Of a DNA stretch of 64,000 nt, positions 1 to 14,780 are shown in pieces. The notes beneath the pieces are model-generated. The model was not told where the DNA came from and did no database searches. It saw only the letters and a program-made list of their open reading frames with translations. Each line of letters begins with the position of its first letter. Position 1 is the first letter of the stretch. Source of the stretch: Octopus vulgaris (Eukaryota); NCBI GenBank assembly GCA_951406725.2, contig OX597831.1, forward strand, positions 42,222,001 through 42,286,000, given 5' to 3'. A program made the translations under genes and the position numbers.

Positions 1-538
1 CTGTGCATATACATGCACAGAGACAACCTTGCATACACAACATTGCATATATGCATACATGCAACCATAAACATACACACACAAGCTTTTAGTTTGCATT
101 TACTAAATCCTCTTCCAAGGGTTTAGTCAGCCCTCGGCTAAAATTGAAGACACTTACCCAAGGGGTCATGCTGTGACATTGAATCCAAAACCATGTGGAT
201 GGAAAGCAAACTTCTTTAGGAAAATGCTATGCCTGCAATCTGTATGAACTTATTGATGATGTTCTTTAATGACATTTATCTCCAGGTCATCTCTGACATG
301 ACCATCGTGTCCTTTTGTATATCAGCATCTAACTTACATTGCTCAGTGTGTTCTTGCCTAGGAGTGTGACCTGTGGGGAACTTGCTTTCTATTTCAAGCC
401 ATTTGATATACAAATCACCTAGAGGGTACTGATAGTTTATATTTGTAGGACTAATGAGCTGGTAGTGGTTCATCATAACTTATTTACCTAATTTTGTTAC
501 TATTAAATAATGTTACTTTTTTCTTCTGTTTATTTCAG

Positions 539-595
539 CTTGATCTCTGAAGTGTTGCCAGACATCTATTGTCATCATGGCTGGATCAGTAGCAG
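539..595 (+). CDS. ITSN1: Intersectin, first coding exon (5'UTR 539-576, ATG at 577; MAGSVA-G)
   Basis: Polypyrimidine tract + TTTCAG acceptor (ends 538), ATG in good context (atcATGG), donor CAG|GTAAGT at 595/596. The phase-1 end joins the 26569 exon in frame. An upstream non-coding exon presumably lies outside the window. Confidence 0.75.
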
Positions 596-1417
596 GTAAG
601 TTAATCTTTTCCTCTTATTGTTTTTTTCATTGTCTTTGTGGCACCCGCACTAGAGAGGTTGTTGTGTTTAAGTGAGATTAAAGAGTCCTCTTTGCTCTAT
701 GTTGTCTGTGTTTGTTCACTAAATGTTTATCTCATACTGGGCAAGTAGGAAAGAGGGTGATGAAAGAAGACCAGAATGAGAGGGTGATAGACGGGAGATT
801 AATGGAAGAAACAAATGAGAGAGATGGACAGCTACATAGTGATTGTTGGTAAGGAGATTGAATAGAAACAGCATGAGCAATGAAGAGAATGAATGAATGG
901 AAAAGATAGAAAGAGATATATAGAGACATGTAATGAAGTGTGTTAGAAGGAAAGAATAATGTGAATAAGTGTTATGAATAGTAATGATGGTGGGTGATGG
1001 GGGAGAGAGATGGATTGTGAAGGATGTCATTGAGTGATGGAGGAGGGTGATGAAAAGTGATTGCTAACAATGAAGAGGGAGGAATAGAACGTGGATAAAC
1101 CTAATGGTATGGTGTCATTGTAACACAAGTATTATGATGGGAGAGAGATAGTGATATTAAATGTTAATATGCTAATTCTTACGTATATACTTGTGGTGTG
1201 TGTCACACTTTACTTGAAAGGGAAAGGTAAAAAGAGAGAAATAAAACTTAAGTAGAGGAAGTATAGTTGAAGTGGGAGGCAAAGTGGCAAAGATGAGGGA
1301 CTAATAGTGAAAGACAATGAAACCATTCTTATATTGTCATAGAGAAAACTCTGGAAGACTTTTCGATGAGATATGATAAAGCAGTTGAAAATATGGAAAT
1401 TACAAAAAGAAATGTTA

Positions 1418-1765
<348 letters not shown>

Positions 1766-2769
1766 AATAGCTGTGAATGTTACTGCTACTTTTCTACTGT
1801 TGAAGGGAGAGGTACAAAGAAAAACACGATAAAAGGTGTTAAGCACAGGTGGTTATTCGATATTTATTAAATGAAGTCTATATTTACAGATGCTTACATT
1901 TTTTATGTTTTCCTTGAAGTTTTCACAGGCCCAGCTAGTTATTTGGCATAATTGTTGGCACTTGGGATGAAATGCTTAGCAGCATTACTTCTGACTGTTT
2001 ATGCTCTGCATTCAAATCCTCTTGAGGTCAGCTTGCCTTTCATGCCCTCATGGTTGATAAAATAAAGTACCAGTCAAGTATGAGGGTCAATTTGATTAAC
2101 ACCCTCTTCCTTAAATTGCAAACCAAATACAAAAGAAGCCCCAGCTTTATTTGTTATTGTTGTTTAACCCTGGGTCATTTCTAATTGTGCTGAGTTATGG
2201 TTAAAAGCATTCCACCCATGGCCATCTTGTTTATATTTTTTTTAGGCATAGTATATCTTGGGATACATTCTCCAAAATACCCTTCTATTCATTGACACTT
2301 GAAGCAGGCTGAGCACCAAAGTAGAGGCTCCCTTGATAGTTCATCATTTAATTCGTTAATGTCTCTGGAATGTCATCAATATCACAGCTTCCATCAACCT
2401 TAATTTATGCCTAATTAAAATGGATTATTTCTTGTCAGGGTAATTATTAGATGGTTTTAATGTGATGCCAGATGTCACTACAAGCAAACTGGTTTTTCTA
2501 ATTTCAGTATCTTGTCAGGAGGGTGGGGGAAGGAATTTTCCCTTATTGTTTCATTAATGCCTTTAAGGAAAACAAGGACCTCACTGCTTCCTTTTCACCC
2601 CTCCTTACTCTAACCTTGTCCAAGATAGGGGAAGGGGTCAGTAATAATAACTTAGAATAACAAGTAATGTATAACCTTCATTATTAGAATAGGGCAACTA
2701 CATGACAAGCAAATGTGTTAAGTACTTAGATATTTAAACAAGTTAGTCATGTTAATTAATTTAGAATCT

Positions 2770-4184
2770 CTCAAATCTTAAGAACTGGATAAATAAAACA
2801 CAGAGAGAGAGGGAGGGGCAAATGAGAGGGAAGTGAGGAGAGAGAGAGATGAGGCAGAGAGAGAGAGAGAGACAGGTAGGGGAGAGAGAGTATACTTACA
2901 AACTGCTGGGTGTAGATGGATTAAAGAAACATAATTAGTATGTTATATAGATTTAAGGATATAGATGGTGTAGTGAATGTGGTTGTTTAACCCCATGTCA
3001 GTCTTGACAGCACTGGCCTATGATAAAAGGCTACCCTTGGCCATGACCATTCTTCCTCTTTTACTTGTTTCGTATCTTAATTCTTATTTCTTTACTGCCC
3101 ACAAGGGCAGTAAAGGCTATACATAGAGGGGACAAACAAGAAAAGACAAACGGATTAAGTCGATTATATTGACCCCAGTGCGTAACTGGTACTTATTTGA
3201 TCGACCCCGAAAGGATGAAAGACAAAGTCGACCTCGGTGGAATTTGAACTCGGAATGTAGCAGCAGACGAAATAGCGCTAAGCAGTTTGTCTGGCGTGTT
3301 AACGTTTCTGCCAGCTCGCCGCCTTCAAATCTTTTACTTGTTTCAGTCAGACTGTAGCCCTACTGGGGCACCACTTAGAAGAATTTTTAGTCAAATAAAT
3401 CAGTACCTGTACATTTTCTTTTTTTTTTAAAACCTACTTCTTATTCTATTGGCCTCTTTTGCCAAATTGATAAGTTATGGGGATGTTAACACCAACACCA
3501 GCTGTTAAGCTGTGGTGGGGTACAGACACACACACACACATGACAGGCTCCTTTCAGTTTCTGTCTACCAAATCCACTCACAAGGCTTTGGTCAGCCTGA
3601 GGCTATAGAAGACACTTGCCCAAGGTACCATGTAGGACCATATGGTTGGGAAGCAAACTTCTTACCACATAGCCAAGCCTGCACCTACATGTTGACCTTA
3701 GAGTTTAAGAATTTAAACCTAACCCGTGAGAAGTATTTTTAGCTAGAGCAGATTAACCATATCTGCTTTTTCTTACTACAGGATCGGTTTTTGACTATGA
3801 AAAGCATGCATTCATTCACTGATTTCCTTTTTGATATCAACTCACTGGGAGCCGTCTTTGGTTCTATTATATAAATCCCTTGTTTTAAAGTGAAAAACTG
3901 CCATCAACATTTCTAGATAATTTATATTCCAAACGCCAGCTTAGTAATGACACAATTTGTTTGCTAAACTTTCCATTATATTCACTACACCATCTATATC
4001 CTTAAATCTATATAACATACTAATTATGTTTCTTTAATCCATCTACACCCAGCAGTTTGTAAGTATACTCTTTCTCCCTTACCTGTCTTTCTCTCTCTGC
4101 CTCATCTCTCTCTCTCCTCACTTCCCTCTCATTTGCCCCTCCCTCTCTCTCTCTGTTTTATTTATCCAGTTCTTAAGATTTGAG
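2770..4184. repeat. About 205-bp inverted duplication (2770-2978 vs 3980-4184)
   Basis: Near-identical reverse complement, differing mainly in (GA)n tract lengths. Confidence 0.92.
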
Positions 4185-6934
4185 GAAAAAGTCGCCCCTG
4201 CCTTTCAGGTTTCATAGTCTTACAAAGCTACATGGCAACCTCACTAGTGCCAGTGAGTCAAAAAAGAAGTACTCAGTACATGCTGTAAAGTGGTTGGCAT
4301 TAGGAAAGGCATCCAGCCACTGAAACCATACCTCCTCCTCCTCCTCCTCAATATGGTAACAAAAGGGTTGAATCATATGTAATCTAGTGGCATAGTTTCA
4401 GTGGCTGGATGCCTTTCCTAATGCCAACCACTTTACAGCATTTGAGAAATTCATCACTTCTCCTTATTTGGCTTCTTCTTTGATGATTTCTTCAACTTCT
4501 TTACACACATACACATTGATAATTTGTATTGAGGATAAAGTATTTAATTTGTGGTATCTAGTCACAACTCTATATGTTCTGAGTTCCAATCCCACCAGGG
4601 CCAGCTTTGCTGTCCATCTTTAAGATTTGCTTAAATCAACTTTACTCATATAAATGTACTGGGTGCTTCTTTTTCAACCCGCTGGCACTAGTGAGGGTTG
4701 TCGTGGAGCTCGTAAGACTAAACCTGAGGGGTGAGGGTAGCTTTTTCCTAGGTGATAAGGGGTTAGAATAAGAGAGAAAGGCTTAGGCTGGGTGGAGGAG
4801 GCCAGATCAGGTTCTTGTTGTTAGAGGAGCTACATGGCTACTTGCATTTAGAAAGAAAGGTGAGAATGATTAGTAAGAGCTGCAAAGAGATAATGGTAAT
4901 GAGGTGTCCAGGTGGCCTCAAGGTATACCCTGAATAAAAACGAGTGGGAATGCATGTGAATTGTAATAAGCGGTGCAATCAGGAGGGATTGAAACTGGGT
5001 TGTTGAATTAAATAACCCTTGTAATGTATCTACCCCTCTGTGACCGTTTTCTACTTGTTCTGTATACAGTATGTCTTGTTGTGGGTTTTTGCTCTTTATG
5101 AGGGGCTGTTTGATTATTGATTGTCCTTTTGCCTCTGAGAAATTCATTACAGAAGATATGACCTCTAAATGTCGATCAAGATTTTAATGTAGAACATGAC
5201 TTTGTCCGAACTGAGACGCATCATTGAATCAGCTGTTTTAGTCACAAGATTGATATTGATTATATTCTTTTTTCTTTTCCACCCCTGTTAACATCTCTTC
5301 AAGGTGGTTCTGTGTTTAAGAAGAGAGTAAGAAGCAAGATGCAGCATTTGTTATGGAATAATGCAAAGTGCAATCTGATTTCTTCTTCTTCTTTGCTTCC
5401 TCCTCCTCTTCACCATTGTCATCATCATCTTCTTCTACTTCTTCTTTGACTCCTTCGATTTCTTCTTTTTTGATGACTTCTTTACACACACACACACACA
5501 TGCAGAGAGAGAGAGAGAGAGAGAATTAGTTTTGTGGATAAAGTAATTAATTTCTGGTATCTAGTGACAACCCTAAACATTCTGAGTTCAAATCCTGCCA
5601 GGGTCAGCTTGGCTGTCTATCTTTATGATTTGCTTAAATTGACTTTACTCTTCTCCTGTAAATTTGTGGCATTCTGCCAGTGCAAGAAAGCAATATGACG
5701 ATGTTGATAACAACAATAATAATAGTGATAATGATCATGTTGCCAGACACATCATAGTGTTCTGTTGAAGTTTCTTTCAATATAATTTATAGAGCATCGA
5801 GCATTGATTTTCATCATCATTATTATTATTATTATTATTATTATTTTTTTTTTTTTTTTTCAAAGAACATTTTCATCAGTTCATTGTAAGTGAACTTTAC
5901 ATAGCAATAAGATAAATTAATGTCTATCTACATCTGAATTACATGCAGAAAAACAGCGGTAAACTTCTAATTTGATAGATTTAACCTTTAGTATTAACTT
6001 TGTTTATATGTAACATGATTGATTGATAGGTCTCAGACCTCTGGGAGTCATCATCATAGGCTGTTGTGTTTGTGATTTGGATAATAATATTACAGGCCTG
6101 GCAATATCCACAATTTTAGAAGCCAGTGAGAAAATTGGACTCCAGCCCAAGCATCGCATTAAAGTACTTCATTTGTTTGATATTGTTGTCGTCGTTGTTG
6201 TTAAGATTTAGCTCTGATCAAGCAGATCTATGGCCAAAGGTATTCCAGCTATGACCATCCCATCTTTTTTGTGTATCTAGGACTACATTATGCAATGTTG
6301 CTTTAGTTTTTTTGTTTTTTTTTTGAAATAGTAAGTTATGATTTGAGAGAATTTGTTTGCTATTTCTAACAGATTGTGTCACTATCTGTTTAGTAGTTCC
6401 CTTGTGGGATCAATAGTGCTTTCATCATTTATAATGGTGAGCTATATTTACCTCTCCATAGCACCTGTTTACTATTAGGAGGTCTAAGTTGACATGAACT
6501 TTTTTTTTAATGGAATGGTCTGAAGGCAGGATCTGTTTTCCCCAAGCGTTATATTGGTGATGTCATGGTTGGAAGACAGTTTTTCCTAATGACTTGGCCA
6601 CTCTGTTTTACAATGATAGTTTCTATTGAAAGGCCACCATCTGCTATTATTTTTGTTTTAATGGAGATGATTCTTGTCCTGGGCAAGGATACCAAAGTGC
6701 ATCTGGTAGTGAGGTTCCAGCTAAGGAATTCAGGAGTTTGGGGGAATATCAAGTTATCCCTTAGTTATCTCTATTCTCAGATGCTGTTGTGGTTTGGAAT
6801 GGTAGCACCTGTCAAGAACCTCAATTATGAGTCAAATAGCAGAAGGTGGACTTCTAGTTAAAGCATACAGGATTCAGAAGAGGGCTGGTCCCTTAGACAT
6901 GTGTCAGAAAGGCTTGCTGGTGTGTGGACATGCC

Positions 6935-7052
6935 ATGTCATGTGAGCTAGTCATGTGATGTCATGTGAGCCAGTCATGTGATGTCATGCGAATCGGTCAT
7001 GTGATGTCATGCAAATCAGTCATGCGATGTCACGTGAACCAGTCATGTGATA
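6935..7052 (+). repeat. Minisatellite, about 23-bp unit (GTCATGTGATGTCATGTGAGCCA) x about 5
   Basis: Direct tandem periodicity. Confidence 0.85.
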
Positions 7053-8625
7053 TCTTGATTAACCACTCTCCTTACCAAAAGATTAACTCTTAAGCATTTA
7101 AACCGGCCATATCTGGCCTAAATATTCTACTTGTTTTATGTTTGAACCGATCAGATCTGAACCCTCATATTTATCTGACCATGTCATTCTAAAAATATAT
7201 AATCATATCAGTGAAATCTCACAGCAATGAGATAATGAATGATTAATTCAAAACAGTGTGAATAAATAAGCATTATATTTGATAGAATAACCTGAATGCT
7301 AAAGGGTTAAATAATCTTTGTTTGTAAACTCAGGAAAGCAGGAAACCAACAGAGTAAACTATAAATAAATTGGCTGAAGGGAATGAGAAACCACTGCCAT
7401 ATCTTTAACTGGAAAACTGAATCTTCAGGCTTTGGTATGGAGGGCCATGATTGCTGATGCCTTTAGATGTGGCATATAAAGTGAAAGGAAAATGAGTATG
7501 GTTCCGGGTTCAGTCTCATTGCGTGGAACCTTGGGCAAGTGTCTTCTACTATAGCCTCGGGCCGACCAAAGCCTTGTGAATGGATTTGGTAGGTGGAAAC
7601 TGAAAGAAGACCATCATATATATGTATGTGTATATATATATGTCCTGGCTCCTGTGCAGGTGGCACGTAAAAAACATCATTTGAGTGTGGCCATTGCCAG
7701 TACTGCTTGACTGGCCCTCATACCGGTGGCATGTAAAAGCACCCACTACATTCTCGGAGTGGTTGGCGTTAGGAAGGGCATCCAGCTGTAGAAACTCTGC
7801 CAGATCAAGATTGGAGCCTGGTGCAGCCATCTGGTTCGCCAGTCCTCAGTCAAATTGTCCAACCCATGCTAGCATGGAAAGCGGACGTTAAATGATGATG
7901 ATGATGAGGAGGAGGAGGATTTTCATTATTTCCCAAATCAGTTGAAACAAAGGCAGTGTGTTCCACCAGAAATATAGTAAGAAAATGATTAAACCAGCGT
8001 TTCTCAATGTTTTGACTTTGACACTCAATGGAAACCAAATAAAAATTTAAAAAGAAAGAATAAATGGGAAACTCGTTTTAAATTTTAAAATTAAGGAAAA
8101 TTTATAGGAAACAAAAGTCTACTTTCTTTTATTAATCATACATTGTGTTCAGCAAAATTATGATCAACACGTTTTTCAAGTCACACATTATGGATTTGTT
8201 TAAGCCTTAGATTATATTTTTTAGATATCTATGTCATACCTAGATAACCCACTATGGTGCATTGTCTGAGAAACATTGGCAATCTGTCAACATATACATA
8301 TAATAAGAATTGTATTGAGGTCACGAGGAATTCAAATTGATGTTATGATCGTTTCAGTAAATAAATATTTTTTTAATCCCGTACCACATGTATAGATAAG
8401 TAATATATATATATACAATAAATATAAAATGTAATAAAATAGAATAGAATAAAATTATTATTGTTTATTCACTTTGTCAGACATCATTATTCAAAATGCA
8501 ATTAAGAAACAAATATGCGATGCAAGGTAAATTTGTAACACTTCATAGGAGTGTTGAGTCCATTCAAATAGACAGGTTCATACATGAAGCGTTGATGAGG
8601 ATTATAATTATCCCCTCCATATGTA

Positions 8626-8678
<53 letters not shown>

Positions 8679-8679
8679 A

Positions 8680-8961
8680 TCTCTCTCTATATAAACGGCA
8701 GTTTGTCTGTGCGTGTTTCTGTGTGTCTGTTTGCTTGTACCCTCACCCTGACCACGGCTTTCAACCGATTCTGATGGGGTCGAGAATCAGAAACACAAAC
8801 CGCAAACTGTCTAGGGGACGCAACTCCACATTTTTAAACTAAAAAAAAAATTTACCATCATTTTTTTCCCATTTTTTTGCTATTTTTTGGCTATAACTCT
8901 CTAAAAATGCTTTATAGTTATTTCCCTTACAAACCTGAGCAACGCCGGGCGATACTACTAG
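8680..8961 (+). mobile_element. Non-autonomous Helitron
   Basis: 5' TC after A, subterminal GC-rich hairpin CCTGAGCAACGCCGGG, and 3' CTAG followed by T. No TSD. Confidence 0.7.
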
Positions 8962-9021
8962 TGTATATATATATGTGTGTGTGTGTGTATGTATATATAT
9001 ATGTGTGTGTGTGTGTGTATG

Positions 9022-9052
<31 letters not shown>

Positions 9053-9059
9053 ATGTATG

Positions 9060-9092
<33 letters not shown>

Positions 9093-9339
9093 TCATTACA
9101 GATATAGGGTGAAAGATAATTAATTTAATAAAATCAACAAATTTCACCTAGTAGTATTTCGGTATGGAAAAGGACCATATTCGGGTAAAAACTTATACAA
9201 AAAGTTTCTTTATATATAAATATAACAATAAGGGTTTAGCAACAAGTTGCTTGACCACATACCGAAAATTTTCTATTGCTATTTCTATTTCTAAAATTTT
9301 TAGTATGTGGTCAAGCAACTTGTTGCTAAACCCTTATTG

Positions 9340-9388
<49 letters not shown>

Positions 9389-10763
9389 TATACGTATATA
9401 TACTACAAGGGGTGTTGAAAAGTTCCTGGGTTTGGGTAAAAGAAAATACAGGAGGGTCAGTTAGTTATGATTTTATTCAACATATTCCCCTCTTAGATTC
9501 ACACACTTATTTCAGTTGTCTTTCAGTTTTTCTAAGCCCTGTAAAAGAACTCAGAAGGTTGGCTTCTCCTGATACTCTTAAAACCAGGAGCTTTTCAGTG
9601 ATCCCTCATATATATATATGGAATAAATAAAAGAACATATACTAGTGCTTTTTCTTTCCATACATACTGCCGGTAAGCTGTAGGTCAGCTCTGGTGGATC
9701 AGATCTGTAATAAAAAAAATTACAAGGCCTTCCTGTCTTTGTATGCCAAAGACTACATGAGCTTATGTATCTTATTTAAGGGGGTAGATGCTATTTAAGA
9801 CATTGGCTGTTGTTTTTAGCAGGCCAAACAAGTATGGCTTTTCTTCCTGTACAAACGTATGTACATACATGTGTACATATGTCTGTCTGTCCATACATAA
9901 ATATATACATACATATATATATGGAACTGTTGTTTTGGCTAGATTTAACCTTAGATTTAACCATAAGCAGGCTTGTAATTAAAGGTAATCCAGCTGTGAT
10001 CATCCCATATATTTTTTTCAGGAATAGTATATTCTGAATTACTATGCCTACTGTTTTTTTTTTTAAATAGTAGGGTTTAGTTTGAGGGAAATTTGAGCAG
10101 TCTCATAGGTTGTTGATGTGGCATGTAAAGAGTTGTGTTTCTGTACCAACAGACCATGCGAACATTAGAGCAAAAATAAGACATAAAACGAATTTTGGTG
10201 ATGGTGATGTTATTGATGATGATCATGATGGGATTATTGTGGATTAAAAAAAAAAAAAAGAGAAAATAGCCAAAACCATGCATACAATGATCTTGTTAAG
10301 CTGATTAATTTGAGGTTTCAAAGCAATTGCAAAAATATTTTAGAGATTTGTAAAATATTTAATAATTTCCATTCTATAAAGAGTAAAAGAAGTAACAAAA
10401 ATGGGCCATGTTTGCTTCTCAACCATGTGCCATGTGGTCTTGGCACATTTGGCAAGTATCTCCTAATATAGACCTGGGTTGACCAAACCCTTGAGAGTAG
10501 ATTTGGTAGACAGAAACTGAAAGGAGCCTTTTGCCTCTCCCACTCTCTTTCCCCTTCTCCCTCTCTCTATATGTTTATAGATGTATGTATATGTATATAG
10601 GGAGAGTTTACGATAAAAACAAAAGACGAAGACAGGTGGTGTGTAGACAACAAACAGATGTATTAGTATGACACTCAGGAATAGAAAAATTCTTTTACGT
10701 TTTGATCCTACACTCTTCTACAGAAAGGAACACAGAAAAAACAAGGAGAGAAACAAGGAAAGA

Positions 10764-10802
<39 letters not shown>

Positions 10803-12295
10803 GTGTGTGTGTGTGTGTATCCTTGTCTAGACATCATTTGATAGTTGTAAATGAGCATCATCATTATGCAAGCAAGGTTGTTCATTTCCTTCTTTATGTG
10901 AAAAACATGTCTGGCTATGGTGGAAATTTTACTTTGTTTGGAAGCTGGTGAGGGTTGGTGACAGGAAGGGCATCCAGCCATAGAAAATAATCTGCCTCAA
11001 CTGATTCTGTCTGACCCATGCAAGAGTGGAAATGTGGACATAAAATGATGATGTTTATCATCATAATGTTGTTGCCGTTGTTGATTACGAGCCCCAGGTC
11101 ATCTCTGGCTGTCCTAATTGTTCAGTTCTATGTCTTGGTTTCAAACTGTCTATAATAAGAACTCCATTAGCTAATTAACCTTTTCCTTACCATATCTTTT
11201 CTGAGATGCTCTGTTTTTCTCTCAACTATTTTAGATATAACAAAGAATTTAGTAAAATAACTTACTTATCATTCAGCTAGTGTTAGGAACATTAATTGTG
11301 ACTAAGGTTTGGTGGAAGATTTTAATTAAAAACTTATGAAAACAAGACATTTGTACTATAGAGCCAGAGCTGGTTTCAGCCGGGCTGGTAACAAAAGGGT
11401 TAACCAACTTTTCATAAGATACTAGGGTGGAATGTGAAGGAGGTGATTTGGTTGGTTTTTCTTGTAGGTCAAATCATTGTATTGAGCAATGGTTCCCAAC
11501 CATTTTTACCTATGGACCCCTATGATGCCTATTTTACTCAGGTGGCCCCTCATAGCCATTCAATGTTTAAAAAAATCTTGTTGTATTTTTATAATTAAAT
11601 ATTAGATAGAATAAATGCCAGGCATAAAAAATAATTACTGGAGTTGATTTGTTTGACTAAACCCTTAAAGATGGTGCCCTAGCATGGCTGCAGTCCAATG
11701 ACTGAAACAGGTACAAGATAAAAGACAATACCATTCTGTTATCAGTTAACAAATGTTAGCAAGGTATCTTGGACCTCTTTCCTTTGCTGCTCATTTCTTT
11801 ACTCCCAGAGTTCTCACTGCATGAGTTGATAATTAAGAATGAATTAACTCATTAAATCACAATCTACTTGTGTTATGCATACATACATACATACATACAT
11901 AAATACAAACAAACAAAAATACCCTGGTTGTTGATGTTGAAATTTCAGTGAAAGAGCCTTGGATCTAGGTTAGAAACTGGTTCTTTCTCTATTGGCAAGA
12001 AATCTTGAAATAAACTGAATAATTACATACAGACATACGTATGTACATACATACATACATACTGCATTGTGAGTTTCAAATCTTTTCAGTTACCCTTTTA
12101 ACTTTTACTTGTTTCCATCATTAGATTGTGGCCATGTTGGGGCATGCCTTAAATTTTTAGTTGAATGAATCACTTCCAGAACTTATTTTTTTAACCTGGC
12201 ACTTATTCTATCAGTCTCTTTTGCTGAACCACTAAGTTACAGAGATGCAAGCATAACAGCACTGGTTGTCAAGCGGTGGTGGGAGAACAAACACA

Positions 12296-12336
<41 letters not shown>

Positions 12337-14439
12337 GGAGCTTCTTTCAGTTTCTGTCTACCAAATTCACTCACAACGCATTGGTTGGCCTGAGGTTATA
12401 GTAGAAGACACTTGCTCAAGGTGCCACACAGTGGGACTGAACCTGGGACCATGTGGTTGGGATGCAAGCTTCTTACCACACAGTCACACCTGCACCTATA
12501 CACACTCATACTTTATACGGTACTTTAAGCACAGAGTATAGAGTACAATGTGCCTTTCACTGTGTGCATCTGTCCTCCTCTATCCACACCACCCCTCCAT
12601 CTTCATATATTATGCTTGGTGTTTGTATTTTGATAGAGAGAACATTATGTCTACTGTCCCTTGTACCGCAGCAGTCAGTCTGACTGGTCGGTCTCATACT
12701 ACTTGTTGCTAACAGCACGATGTGTGGTCAGACATGGACAATTAATTGCAAAAGAAATAATTCTGTAACCACAATGACTATAGCGGTGGTGGTGATGGGA
12801 GCAGCAGTGGTGGTGGCGGCAATGGTGATGGTGGTGGTGGTAGGTATGATGGTATCAGTCATTGTGCAGTTGAAGATGAAGATGATTGTAGTGGTGGTGA
12901 TGAAGAGGCTGATCATACTGATGCTGCTGCTGATAGTGATTGTAATGGTAGCAGTGAAAGTGATGATAGTGATGATGATGATTATAATGGTTGCAGTGGT
13001 GGTGATAACAGCATTGGTCATAGTGATGATTATGATGATGGTGGTGGTGGTGGTGATGATGATGAGGATGATTGCAAAATTGCTGATGAAGTTGATAAGC
13101 ATACTTTTGCCAATAATTCCACGACAGGAATTCTGAATCTTGAACAGATACGTATAGGCAGTATATTTCTGTACAGATTAGATCTGTTTAGCAAACAGAA
13201 ACAAAGTTAAAAAATATAGACAATGAATTTATGTGATTGATGATATGTGTGGCATTTGGTTGTTGTTGTTGTTGTTTTTATTAAAGTGGTGGCCTGACAG
13301 AATCATTAGCATATTGGACAAAATGCCTGATAGCATTTTTTTGTTTGTTTTTGGCTTTATGTTCTGAGTTTGAATTATACCAAATAAGGTCGACTTTGCT
13401 TTTCATTCTTTTAAGATTGATTAAATAGGTACAAGTTGAGCATTGGTGTCGATGTAATTGGCTTACCCTACCCTCAAAATTGTTGGCCTTGTGTCTTATC
13501 ATTATTCTGTCATATACACACAACAGATTAAACTGTTGGGCGGAAAAAAAACCCTTAATATTGGGCTACAACAAGTAACCTTAGGTGCAAAGAACCTTCC
13601 TAAGTTTCCTAGCTGTCCCTTTTAACACTTTTTTTTTTACATTAAACTGTTTACAATCAAAACCCTCAAAACACACACACATTCTTCATTTTGTCCTGTA
13701 CCACCCATAATGTTTTTCTTAATGTAAACCTTTTGTGGTCAATAAAGAAATCATTATTATTATTATGGCGAGTTGGCAGAGTCATCAGCATGCTAGACGA
13801 AATACTTAGTTTCCGTCTACCAAATCCACTTATAAGGCTTTGGTCGACCCAAGGCTATAGTAGAAGACACTTGCCCAAGGTGCCATGCAGTGGGAATGAA
13901 CCCAGAACCACGTGGCTGGTAAGCAAGCTACTTACCACACAGCCACTCCTGTGCCTATAAGAATTTCTGAGAGAAAACTAAGTGCTCAGGTTGATTCAAT
14001 TGACTAAAATTCTTCAAGCTGGGGCCCTGTTATGGCTGCAGTTAGTTGGCTGAAACAAGTAAAAGATAAAAGATGTAGCTATATGTATATGTGTGGTTAT
14101 TTACATTTTGTGTTCTGCATGAAAAAGCTCTGAGCTATAAATCGTGATGCTTGTTGATGTCCCTTGTCAATAAAATGCCTACCAGCACTTTGATTTTGAG
14201 GGATGAGTGAACTGGAAAATCCTTTACTTGAACAGGTAAGGGTTAATGACAAGAACAGCATCCAACCATAAATGATGCTTTAGTAATATAGTTGTGTAAC
14301 CCAAGTTAACATGGTAAAACAGACATAAAACTAGCAAAGAGCAAATGAATAAATGTATGTGTGTGTGTGTGTGTGTATGTATGCATGTGTGTGTATGTTT
14401 TCCCTGTAAGTTTGGAATAATATTCCCTCATATTATTAT

Positions 14440-14745
14440 TATTGAGTGAGAGAGCAGTGCATGCCATCAAAGTGACACTGGGGTAAAATATACGAAGCCC
14501 AATATACCCATCATGACTACCTGTCTGATAAAGGTACACCAGGCACATGCATCACAACCATATGTGCGCGACATGGTGATCTCATATCAAGATAAACAGC
14601 ACATGACCTTGCAGGTGGGGCCCAGTTAGAATTTTCTTCAGGTTGAGTAGCCCATCCCACTCAAACGGTCCCTGAATAAGGGTTGTTTAAGGATGTTGAA
14701 AGAACCACCCATGTTTCCAGAGGTGAACTATTCAAACCCCAAAGA

Positions 14746-14748
<3 letters not shown>
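14440..14748. mobile_element. About 300-bp interspersed element fragment flanked on both sides by (TAT)n
   Basis: Complex GC-richer sequence bounded by TATTATT arrays, consistent with a microsatellite-targeting non-LTR element. Family not certain. Confidence 0.4.

Positions 14749-14780
<32 letters not shown>

Noticed and set aside
6480-6861. Possible LINE endonuclease remnant on the minus strand (..IIVKQ..KNC..PSDH)
   Set aside because: Similarity is too weak and split across frames to call without a profile search.
12720-13136. 138-aa hydrophobic ORF resembling a membrane protein
   Set aside because: It is a degenerate (GAT/GGT)n trinucleotide tract, mirrored by similar tracts at 19020-19700.
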